64,000 nucleotides of DNA, taken from positions 5,387 through 69,386 of the forward strand of contig JAZRXG010000021.1 of the NCBI GenBank assembly GCA_045600105.1, given 5' to 3'. Below the pieces are notes generated by a model that did not search any database, was not told the DNA's origin, and saw nothing but the letters and a program-made list of their open reading frames with translations. This DNA comes from Eubacteriales bacterium. Lineage in GTDB: Bacteria; Bacillota; Clostridia; Oscillospirales; CAG-382. Shown in pieces: positions 48,943 through 56,936 of this stretch. Position 1 is the stretch's first letter; every line of letters starts with the position of its first letter. The translations under genes and the position numbers were made by a program.

Positions 48943-50057
48943 TCAGCTTTCTCCTTTCCCGTTTTATTGAATATGACTTTATAGTTGAGGAAGAATTCGC
49001 ATCCTATGACAAACAGCAGGATTATTGCCACCATTATATCCGAAATGGCGCTGCTGACACGGAATTTTGATTCGATTTCGCTCGAACCTCTGTTGAGGAA
49101 AACGACAAGAAGCGTCGTGAGCATCATAAAGAGCGGATTGAATTTTGCGAGCCACGATACCATTATTGCGGTAAAACCTCTGCCGCGGACTGTCGTGGTG
49201 CTTATCGTGTGGTCGGTAGCGCCGACGAGAAGAAGACCGGCGATTCCGCAGACCGCGCCCGATATGAGCATCGTGCGGATTATGACTTTTTTGACGTTTA
49301 TGCCGATATAACGTGCGGTGTTTTCGCTTTCGCCAACGACGGATATTTCATATCCCTGCTTGCTGAAGCGGAAATAGATATAGAAGAAAGCGGTAAGTGC
49401 AAGAACTACCAGCACATTGAGCAGATAAGGCTTGCCGAACAGTACCGGGAAGCCATATTCTTCCATCGTGCTGAGAGTTCCCGAGCCGTTCGTTACCCAT
49501 ATCTTTATGAAGAACGCCGTAAGCTGAATCGCGATATAGTTCATCATGAGGGTGAAGAGCGTTTCGTTGGTGTTCCATTTTGCTTTGAATATCGCCGGTA
49601 TGAGTGCCCAAACGGCACCTGCAAGTATACTCGTGACGATCATCGTTACAAGAAGAAGAGGAAGCGGGAATTTATCGCCGAGATAATACATGCAGGCAGT
49701 AGTTGCAAGACCGCCGACAAGTGCCTGACCTTCGGCACCGCAGTTCCAGAACTTCATTTTGAATGCGGGAGTTACTGCAAGCGAAACGCACAGCAGCATT
49801 GCGAATTCCTGAAGCAGGTTCCATATTCTGTCGCCCGTGGCAAATGCGCCGTCAACAAGCGTTTTGAACACCGTGAACGGGTCGGGATGCTTTTTGGCAA
49901 GCAGCGTTACGAGTGTGCTTGCCACGACAAATGCGATGACCACCGTTACCGCTCTTATGAGGATCGCTTTTTTCATCGGTATCTGTTCGCGTTTTATTAT
50001 ATGTACCAATTTTTCGCGGTTTTTCTTGACCGCAGTAGTTTTAATCTCTTTATCCAC
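48939..50057 (-). CDS. ABC permease (BMP/nucleoside-type, first subunit)
   Basis: Polytopic membrane protein in the BMP operon. Confidence 0.85.
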   Translation of the reverse strand: MDKEIKTTAVKKNREKLVHIIKREQIPMKKAILIRAVTVVIAFVVASTLVTLLAKKHPDPFTVFKTLVDGAFATGDRIWNLLQEFAMLLCVSLAVTPAFKMKFWNCGAEGQALVGGLATTACMYYLGDKFPLPLLLVTMIVTSILAGAVWALIPAIFKAKWNTNETLFTLMMNYIAIQLTAFFIKIWVTNGSGTLSTMEEYGFPVLFGKPYLLNVLVVLALTAFFYIYFRFSKQGYEISVVGESENTARYIGINVKKVIIRTMLISGAVCGIAGLLLVGATDHTISTTTVRGRGFTAIMVSWLAKFNPLFMMLTTLLVVFLNRGSSEIESKFRVSSAISDIMVAIILLFVIGCEFFLNYKVIFNKTGKEKAE

Positions 50058-50097
50058 TTTTACCCTTCCTTTCCCGAAAACAAAAATTCGTTTCTTC

Positions 50098-51630
50098 TTA
50101 GTTTTCAGTCTTGGTCATAAGGAACCCTACCTGCTCTTTTGTCGCTGTACGGCCATCCACTATACCTGTGATCTTACCGGAGTTAAGAACAAGTATTCTG
50201 TCGCAAAGTTCAACGAGCACGTCAAGGTCTTCGCCGACGAATATAACGGCGACTCCGTTGCGCTTCTGATCGGTAAGGAGATTGTAAATCAAATACGAAG
50301 AGTTTATATCAAGTCCCCTGACAGGATAAGCCGCCATAAGCAGTTTGGGCGACGCGGCTATCTCACGGCCGACAAGCACCTTCTGCACGTTGCCGCCCGA
50401 AAGACGTCTGACCGACGTATGCGAGCTCGGTGTGACAACGCCGAGGCTTTCGATTATTCTGTCGGCAAGTTCGCCGGGAGTTTTTCTGTCAAGGAAAACG
50501 GTTTTTCCTTTTTTATAGCTTCTGAGCATCATATTGTCTATGATGTCCATATTTCCGACAAGTCCCATTCCGAGTCGATCCTCGGGAACGAACGAAAGGC
50601 GCACGCCGAGTGCTTTTATCTGTTCGGGCGTTTTGTCTTTAAGATCGACTACTCCTTCTCCGCTCGGATCATCGTACATAATGTTGCCGGCATCTATCTT
50701 TTTGAGTCCCGCTATTGCTTCGAGCAATTCTCTCTGACCATTGCCGGTGATGCCTGCGATACCGAGTATTTCGCCGGAACGTGCTTCAAACGAAATATTG
50801 TCGAGCACCTTTCTTCCGTCGGACGAATGGCACGACAGATTGGTAATGCTGAGTCGGATCTTGGGATTTACCGGATCGGGACGGTCGATGTTGAGCGCGA
50901 CCTTTTGACCGACCATCATTTCGGTAAGCTCTGATTCGTTCGTTTCGGAGGTTTTGACGGTAGCAATATGCTGTCCTTTGCGAAGAATGGCTACCCTATC
51001 CGAGATCGAAAGTACCTCGTGAAGCTTGTGCGTGATTATGATGACGGACTTGCCGTCTTCTTTCATTTTTCTGATGACTTTGAAAAGATTTTGTGTTTCC
51101 TGAGGAGTGAGCACCGCGGTAGGTTCGTCGAGAATGAGGACGTCGACTCCGCGGTAGATGACCTTGACGATCTCGACCGTCTGTTTTTCGGAAACTGACA
51201 TATCGTAGATCTTTTTGTTGGGATCGAGCACGAAACCGTATCTTTCGGTTATTTCTTTGATTTTTTCGGCTGATTTTTTGACGTTGAATCCGTCTTTTTC
51301 GTCAATGCCGAGGATGATGTTTTCGGTAGCGGTGAACAGATCGACAAGCTTGAAATGCTGATGCACCATGCCTATCTTATAGCCGAAAGCATCCTTAGGA
51401 GACGCTATCCTCGCAAGTTCACCGTTTACATATATTTCGCCTTCGTCGGGATAATATATACCGGCGATCATATTCATAAGGGTCGTCTTGCCGCTTCCGT
51501 TTTCGCCGAGGATGGCAAGGATCTCGCCCTTCATTACTTCAAGGTCCACGTTCTTGTTTGCAACGACCTTGGTGCCGAACGCTTTTGTTATGTTGCGCAG
51601 CTCTATTGCGATATTATTGTTATTGCTCAC
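50098..51630 (-). CDS. ABC transporter ATP-binding protein with duplicated ATPase domains
   Basis: GENGSGKTTL in the first domain and LSGGNVQKV in the second. 510 aa, typical of sugar/nucleoside importers. Confidence 0.9.
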   Translation of the reverse strand: MSNNNNIAIELRNITKAFGTKVVANKNVDLEVMKGEILAILGENGSGKTTLMNMIAGIYYPDEGEIYVNGELARIASPKDAFGYKIGMVHQHFKLVDLFTATENIILGIDEKDGFNVKKSAEKIKEITERYGFVLDPNKKIYDMSVSEKQTVEIVKVIYRGVDVLILDEPTAVLTPQETQNLFKVIRKMKEDGKSVIIITHKLHEVLSISDRVAILRKGQHIATVKTSETNESELTEMMVGQKVALNIDRPDPVNPKIRLSITNLSCHSSDGRKVLDNISFEARSGEILGIAGITGNGQRELLEAIAGLKKIDAGNIMYDDPSGEGVVDLKDKTPEQIKALGVRLSFVPEDRLGMGLVGNMDIIDNMMLRSYKKGKTVFLDRKTPGELADRIIESLGVVTPSSHTSVRRLSGGNVQKVLVGREIAASPKLLMAAYPVRGLDINSSYLIYNLLTDQKRNGVAVIFVGEDLDVLVELCDRILVLNSGKITGIVDGRTATKEQVGFLMTKTEN

Positions 51631-51753
51631 GGTAATAATCTCCTAAGCTTACATAAATTGTATTTGTTCGGATAAAAAGTCATAAGGCGGGGCAATAAAG
51701 CCCCGCCTTTACTTAACGGTATTCAGGCTTTGGAATACCGAACGCGTTTAGAA

Positions 51754-53043
51754 TTAATACTTTTCGTTGACGAGAGTGATATCGTCGATTCTGATATCGA
51801 AATAAGGAGCAGAACGGAATTCGGATTCATGGAAATAACCGTCGATGATGACTTCCTTATCGGGAGTGTAAGCAGGATCGGTATCAACGTCAGCAGTGTA
51901 GGAGGTGAGGTTAACGCCGCCTACCTTGAAGGTGGAAACGTCGAAAGCCTTGAGAGAACCGTCTTTGAATTTGCCTGCGAGTTCTTTGAGTTTTGCTTCG
52001 GTGCCTTCAGCGGCAACGTCGAGGTTGATTCCGGAAAGAACGACGGAGCCGGTGGAAATGGTGCCGGTCCAGTCAGCAGCGATAGCTTCGCCGGTGCAGA
52101 CGCATTTGATGATGTATTTGTAGTAAGGAGCCCAGTTGATGGCGGAAGAAACGATGAAGGTGTTGGGACCGGCGTCATAGGTAGCGCCGTTGTAGGATAC
52201 GTTGGGAACGCCGTTTTCTTCGCAGGCGGAAGGAGCGCCGAGAGAGTCAGCGTGCTGGCTGATAAGGTTGCAGCCTCTGCCGATGAGAGCGAGAGCAGCG
52301 TTTCTTTCTTCTACTGCGTCATACCAGGAACCGGTGAACTGAACGTCCATGGTAACGGTCGGGCAAACGGAGCGAGCGCCGAGGAAGAAGGAGGTATAAC
52401 CGGAGATAACTTCAGCATAGGTGAAAGCGCCTACGTAACCGATCTTTGCGTTTTCGGCAGTGACCTTAACGCCTTTGATCTCGGTGCCGTTGGCAATCAT
52501 TTCGTTGAGCTTCATTCCTGCGGCAACGCCGGCAAGATATCTGCCTTCGTAAATGGAAGCGAAAGCGTTGTGATAGTTGGCAAGTCCTTCGGTGTGAGCC
52601 TTGGTGCCGGTAGCATGGCAAAACTGAACTTCGGGGAATTCTTTTGCGGCTTTGATCATGAAATCTTCATGACCGAAAGAATCGGCAAATATAACTTTGC
52701 AGCCCTGGCTTACAAGGTCTTTTGCCATTTCGTAGCATTCGGTGCCTTCGGGGATGCCGGTTTTGATGATGACCTGTTCATCGGAAAGCTCGAGAGCCTT
52801 CTGAACGTTTTCCATAGCTTTGATGAAGTTAAGGTCATAGGTGGATTTTTCATCGTGGAGACAAATGAGACCGATCTTGAAATCGCTGCCGATCTCGAAA
52901 TCTTTTTCGATTGCGGGAGCGGGAAGGATCTCGGCACTCATGCCTTTGGAATCATCTTCCTGTTCGCCGCAGGATGCGAGAGCGAAGCAGAGAGAAGCGA
53001 CCATTGCGAGAGTAAGTACGAGAGCAAGTACTTTTTTGAACAT
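51754..53043 (-). CDS. BMP-family (PnrA/Med-like) substrate-binding lipoprotein
   Basis: Lipobox ALASC. BMP fold length. First gene of the transporter operon. Confidence 0.85.
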   Translation of the reverse strand: MFKKVLALVLTLAMVASLCFALASCGEQEDDSKGMSAEILPAPAIEKDFEIGSDFKIGLICLHDEKSTYDLNFIKAMENVQKALELSDEQVIIKTGIPEGTECYEMAKDLVSQGCKVIFADSFGHEDFMIKAAKEFPEVQFCHATGTKAHTEGLANYHNAFASIYEGRYLAGVAAGMKLNEMIANGTEIKGVKVTAENAKIGYVGAFTYAEVISGYTSFFLGARSVCPTVTMDVQFTGSWYDAVEERNAALALIGRGCNLISQHADSLGAPSACEENGVPNVSYNGATYDAGPNTFIVSSAINWAPYYKYIIKCVCTGEAIAADWTGTISTGSVVLSGINLDVAAEGTEAKLKELAGKFKDGSLKAFDVSTFKVGGVNLTSYTADVDTDPAYTPDKEVIIDGYFHESEFRSAPYFDIRIDDITLVNEKY

Positions 53044-53089
53044 GACAGTTCCTCCAAATTTTATTTTTTACAAGGGTTTCCCCGTTTGT

Positions 53090-53236
53090 AAACAAAATCA
53101 AATGCCGACAGCCGCATTCGACGATACGGACAGTCGGCGTTTCCGCGTATAAAGCGGAACATGATCAGCCAATAGCCGCACATCGGGCAGTACGTCAGAA
53201 ACTTCCGTACCAAGAATAACGGAGATATATTGCTGA
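53090..53236 (-). promoter_or_regulatory. purine (guanine-type) riboswitch with terminator expression platform
   Basis: The minus strand reads CAGCAAUA-UAUC-UCCGU-uauucuugg-UACGGA-AGUUUCUGA-CGUAC-ugcccgau-GUGCG-G-C-UAUUGGCUG. This gives a P1 helix, the J2/3 AGUUUCU core, and a J3/1 C before P1. Terminator gccgactgtccg...cggctgtcggc plus U-run at plus 53090-53138. Confidence 0.6.
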
Positions 53237-53238
53237 AA

Positions 53239-53814
53239 CTATATGCAGAATTTTATGCCGTCCTCGACGCTCATGGACGCCACTCTCGCGAGGGATTCAA
53301 CGCGTATCCCCTTTTCGCGCAGAAGCTTTCCGCCGTCCTGATAGGCTTTTTCGATGACGATGCCGCAGCCGACGAGCTTTGCGCCCGCCTGGGAAACGAG
53401 ATCTATAAGTCCGTTCAGAGCGTTGCCCTTGGCGAGGAAATCGTCGATGACGAGGACCTTGTCGTCGGGAGAGAGATATTCCTTTGACACTACGACGTCG
53501 TAGACCTGATCATGCGTGTAGGACGCGACCTTGGTGACGTAGGAATCCTTTGCCATATTGCTGGATTTTGATTTTTTCGCAAAAAGAACGGGAACATGGA
53601 AATACCGGGCGGCAAGGCAGGCGATGCCGATGCCGGAAGCCTCGATGGTGAGTATCTTCGTGACGCCTTCACCGGCGAAAAGACGGTAGAATTCTTTTCC
53701 GACTTCGCACATCAGATCGGTGTCTATAAGGTGGTTGACAAAGCCGTCGACCTTGAGAACGTCACCCGGGAAAATCTTTCCGCACTCGGAAATTTTCTTC
53801 TCCAGAAGTTCCAT
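53239..53814 (-). CDS. xpt: xanthine phosphoribosyltransferase
   Basis: MELLEKKI...LTIEASGIGIA...VLVIDDFLAKGNA. ATG 53814 follows GGGAGG. Confidence 0.9.
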   Translation of the reverse strand: MELLEKKISECGKIFPGDVLKVDGFVNHLIDTDLMCEVGKEFYRLFAGEGVTKILTIEASGIGIACLAARYFHVPVLFAKKSKSSNMAKDSYVTKVASYTHDQVYDVVVSKEYLSPDDKVLVIDDFLAKGNALNGLIDLVSQAGAKLVGCGIVIEKAYQDGGKLLREKGIRVESLARVASMSVEDGIKFCI

Positions 53815-53855
53815 TTTAAGCCTCCCGTGAAAAACATTATCCATATTACATTCCC

Positions 53856-53884
53856 ATTATAACTTATATCAATAAGTAATTCAA
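53856..53884 (-). promoter_or_regulatory. sigma-A promoter of xpt
   Basis: TTGAAT-17-TATAAT on the minus strand. The leader is only ~35 nt. Confidence 0.65.
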
Positions 53885-54034
53885 CTTGGAAAAATAGCAA
53901 AATATTGACGATTTTTTTCGATGTTTTTGTGCTATTTTTTACAAAATAATTGTTCGTTCATAAATAGCCGTTAATATTTCCCCGCCGTTTTCGGGCGAAA
54001 AAGCGCCAAAAAACGGCATTATTCCCGCAACGGG

Positions 54035-54063
54035 TTGACAAAACAGGCAGCGTATTATATAAT
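54035..54063 (+). promoter_or_regulatory. consensus sigma-A promoter of the peptide/radical-SAM operon
   Basis: TTGACA (54035-40), 17 nt, TATAAT (54058-63). Confidence 0.7.
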
Positions 54064-54093
54064 TAAAGAAAAAAGTTCACGGAGGAATACAAA

Positions 54094-54426
54094 ATGGCAA
54101 AAAAGGATAACAAGACCGCTACTCCGATGATGTGCGTGTACGCAGGTCCGGATTCGCTTTATTGGAAGACCGGGAACCTGAGCGACGCGAGCAGGATCGA
54201 TCCCGATTCCGAAACGGCGAAGAATAATATCGGAGCTGCCGATCTCCGTATGCGCGGCGTTTACGCGGGTCCCGAGGCGATGAGTCAGCCGATCCCTCAG
54301 CCGAACATACAAGCCGAAAAGAAAAAGTTCTGCCCCGAGTGCGGTGCGCCCAACGCGCTCGTCAACCGTTTCTGCACCGAATGCGGAACGAAGCTGACCT
54401 ACCCCGATTCCGATAAACAAGGCTGA
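54094..54426 (+). CDS. 110-aa protein: low-complexity N-terminal part with duplicated M-x-x-VYAGP motif plus C-terminal Zn-ribbon; candidate radical-SAM substrate
   Basis: GGAGG 8 nt upstream. Contains MMCVYAGPDS and MRGVYAGPEA, then CPECG-x10-CTECG. The stop lies 2 nt before the radical-SAM start. Confidence 0.7.
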   Translation: MAKKDNKTATPMMCVYAGPDSLYWKTGNLSDASRIDPDSETAKNNIGAADLRMRGVYAGPEAMSQPIPQPNIQAEKKKFCPECGAPNALVNRFCTECGTKLTYPDSDKQG

Positions 54427-54428
54427 AT

Positions 54429-55439
54429 ATGAGTGTTTACAAGCTCGATTCCTGCGTTTGGGAAATAACGCTCGGCTGCTGCTTTTCGTGTAAATACTGC
54501 GGTTCGGGCGGCGGCAGAAAGCGTGAAAACGAGCTGACGACGGACGAATGTCTTTCGGTCGCCGAACAGCTTTCGTCTCTCGGCTGCAGGCGCGTGTCGC
54601 TCATCGGCGGCGAGGTCTTCATGCGGAGCGACTGGGACGTTATCGTTTCCTCCCTCACGTCGCGCGGCATTTCCGTCGTCATCATCACCAACGGCTGGCT
54701 TTTCACCGACGAGCTGATAGAAAAACTCAAAAAGCTCGGTATCGAATCGGTCGCGGTGTCACTCGACGGGCTGAAGGACGTTCACGACAAATACCGTCAG
54801 GCGGGCAGCTTTGACAGAGCGGTAAAAGCCTTGGATATGCTTACGTCGCACGGTGTGCCGACGTCGGTCATTTCGACTCTGAACGCCGAAAATGCGCGTT
54901 CTCTCGCGCTTTTTTATGAATTTCTCAAAACCAAAAGGTTGTGCGCCTGGCAGCTTCAGGCGTGTTCTCCCATGGGCAACGCCGCGAAAGGCGGAATAGA
55001 TTATCGATTTGACTTCAACTCCGTCATTTCGTTCGTCTCGTCGGTGATGCGCTCCGCTCCCTTCCCCGTCGGCATTGCCGACAATATCGGTTATTTCACC
55101 GAGGACGAAGGTTCCCTCAGGGGCAACCTCAGCGGATACGCCTATTTCAGGGGCTGCAGAGCCGGACTTACGTGCATCGGCATCGACAGCGTGGGCAGCG
55201 TGAGAGGCTGCGAGTCGATGTACGATGAAAAGTTCATCGAAGGAAACCTGCGCGAAAGAACGCTTGCCGAAATATGGAACGATCCCGATGCTTTTGCCTA
55301 TAACCGCAGGTTCGATCCCGATATGCTGACCGGAAAATGCGCTGAATGCGAATACGGTCATATCTGCGGAGGCGGCTGCAGATCGTACAATCACTTCGTC
55401 CACGGCAAAATGTACGAATCACCTTTCTGCGCGAAATAA
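54429..55439 (+). CDS. radical SAM enzyme with C-terminal SPASM domain (peptide/protein-modifying type)
   Basis: CxxxCxxC (GCCFSCKYC) near the N-terminus. SPASM CxxCxxxxxCxxxC (CAECEYGHICGGGC) plus upstream Cys (GCRAG...GCES). 336 aa. Confidence 0.85.
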   Translation: MSVYKLDSCVWEITLGCCFSCKYCGSGGGRKRENELTTDECLSVAEQLSSLGCRRVSLIGGEVFMRSDWDVIVSSLTSRGISVVIITNGWLFTDELIEKLKKLGIESVAVSLDGLKDVHDKYRQAGSFDRAVKALDMLTSHGVPTSVISTLNAENARSLALFYEFLKTKRLCAWQLQACSPMGNAAKGGIDYRFDFNSVISFVSSVMRSAPFPVGIADNIGYFTEDEGSLRGNLSGYAYFRGCRAGLTCIGIDSVGSVRGCESMYDEKFIEGNLRERTLAEIWNDPDAFAYNRRFDPDMLTGKCAECEYGHICGGGCRSYNHFVHGKMYESPFCAK

Positions 55440-55445
55440 AGATAC

Positions 55446-55475
55446 AAAAAAGAGTGCCGAGGCACTCTTTTTTTT
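55446..55475. terminator. bidirectional intrinsic terminator
   Basis: aaaaaagagtgccgaggcactctttttttt. Confidence 0.85.
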
Positions 55476-55486
55476 CGCTGAAATAA

Positions 55487-56131
55487 TCAATAATTCTTTT
55501 CGTTGACTTCGAAATAAGCCTGAGGATGAGCGCAGACGGGGCAGATCTCGGGGGCTTTGGTGCCGACGACGATGTGTCCGCAGTTGCGGCATTCCCAAAC
55601 CTTGACTTCGCTCTTTGCGAATACTTCCTGTGCTTCAACGTTGTGAAGAAGTGCGCGGTAGCGTTCCTCGTGAGCCTTTTCGATGGCGGCGACTCCGCGG
55701 AATTTTGCGGCAAGCTCGGGGAAACCTTCTTTTTCGGCGGTAACCGCGAAGCCCTCGTACATATCGGTCCATTCGTAGTTTTCGCCGTCAGCCGCTGCCG
55801 CGAGATTCTCGGCGGTGCTGCCGATGCCGTTCAGTTCCTTGAACCAGAGCTTTGCGTGTTCTTTTTCGTTATCGGCGGTCTTGAGGAAGAGAGCGGAGAT
55901 CTGTTCAAATCCGTCCTTCTTTGCCTGCGACGCGAAATAGGTGTATTTGTTTCTTGCCTGGGATTCACCCGCAAAAGCGGCTTCGAGGTTCTTTTCGGTC
56001 TGAGTGCCGGCGTATTTGTTGGCGATGAGTTCAAGCTTTTCACCCTTCTGTCTGCATTTTGGGCAAACCGCTTCTTCTCCGTCCTTCACGGTGAATATTT
56101 CGCCGCATACTTTGCATTTGTAAGTTTTCAT
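55487..56131 (-). CDS. rbr: rubrerythrin with rubredoxin-like CxxC pairs at both termini
   Basis: N-terminal CKVCG...CPKC, a ferritin-like diiron core ([19 protein letters not shown]), and C-terminal CRNCG...CPVC. Confidence 0.9.
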   Translation of the reverse strand: MKTYKCKVCGEIFTVKDGEEAVCPKCRQKGEKLELIANKYAGTQTEKNLEAAFAGESQARNKYTYFASQAKKDGFEQISALFLKTADNEKEHAKLWFKELNGIGSTAENLAAAADGENYEWTDMYEGFAVTAEKEGFPELAAKFRGVAAIEKAHEERYRALLHNVEAQEVFAKSEVKVWECRNCGHIVVGTKAPEICPVCAHPQAYFEVNEKNY

Positions 56132-56180
56132 TTCTGTTCTCCTTTTTTCGGCAATTGCAAAACTGCGTTTACGATTGGTT

Positions 56181-56295
56181 TTCCCGCACTTATCGAACTC
56201 GTTTCATTTCATTCCGCTCGTTTGGTCGGTGCGGGGACGGGCCGCGAGCCCGTCTCAAAGGTGTTTTTGAACCGGTAAAACCGTTTCAAAAAACA
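56181..56295. repeat. ~113-bp structured intergenic repeat, copy B (partner at 1926-2038)
   Basis: See copy A. Lies between perR and rbr. Confidence 0.7.
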
Positions 56296-56345
56296 GATCT
56301 TTTACAAAACCGTTAAAAGTCCGATTTTTACAATCGCCTGATTTT

Positions 56346-56732
56346 TTATTGTTTTTCAAGACAATCGGCGCATACTCCGTCAAATCTGAGCTGTGCCGAA
56401 ATAACGGCATACCCGGTGGATGATGTGACCTTTTCGGTCAGCTTTTCGGGAAGAGGCACGTCGTGTACGTCGTCCATTCTTCCGCATTTTACGCATACGA
56501 CGTGCGTATGCGGCACAATGTTGCCGTCGAAGCGTTCCTGACCGTTGACCGTGCCGACGGATCGGATCACGCCCGCTTCCTTGAGCTGCGAAAGATTACG
56601 GTAAACGGTGGCAAGGCTCATATTCGGATAATCGGGCTTGAGTCGGGAATAGACCCAGTCCGCGGTCGGATGTGAAGTCGTATTTATAAGGCAGTCTATT
56701 ATCGCCTGTCTGTTTCTGCTGTATCGCTGCAT
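56346..56732 (-). CDS. perR: Fur-family regulator, PerR-like
   Basis: Winged-helix N-domain, HTHVVCVKCG and CADC Zn site. Upstream of rubrerythrin. ATG 56732 lies 6 nt after GGGGGA. Confidence 0.8.
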   Translation of the reverse strand: MQRYSRNRQAIIDCLINTTSHPTADWVYSRLKPDYPNMSLATVYRNLSQLKEAGVIRSVGTVNGQERFDGNIVPHTHVVCVKCGRMDDVHDVPLPEKLTEKVTSSTGYAVISAQLRFDGVCADCLEKQ

Positions 56733-56936
56733 CGATATCCCCCGCAATTATGGTTGGTAATAATGATTACTATTTGATAATAGCATTATTATTTGTTTTG
56801 TCAATAGTTTTTTCAATAATTTTGTTATCCCGATCGTATTTTTTGCTCAAAAAAAGTGCAAAGTGTGTTTTTTTCATTGCAAAAAAAGAAAAAACGGATT
56901 ATAATGGTATAACAAAAAACGAACGGGGTATTTTTT

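Noticed and set aside
51730-53091. 453-aa ORF on the plus strand
   Set aside because: Antisense to the BMP lipoprotein gene.
53815-53900. Purine riboswitch upstream of xpt
   Set aside because: The tataat...atatgg-like string is just the -10 region of a TTGAAT-17-TATAAT promoter. There is no GUUUCUACC core or P2/P3 helices, and the leader is only ~35 nt.
56132-56180. PerR box upstream of rubrerythrin (ttgcaattgc palindrome)
   Set aside because: It does not resemble the TTATAATnATTATAA-type Fur/PerR box closely enough to call.
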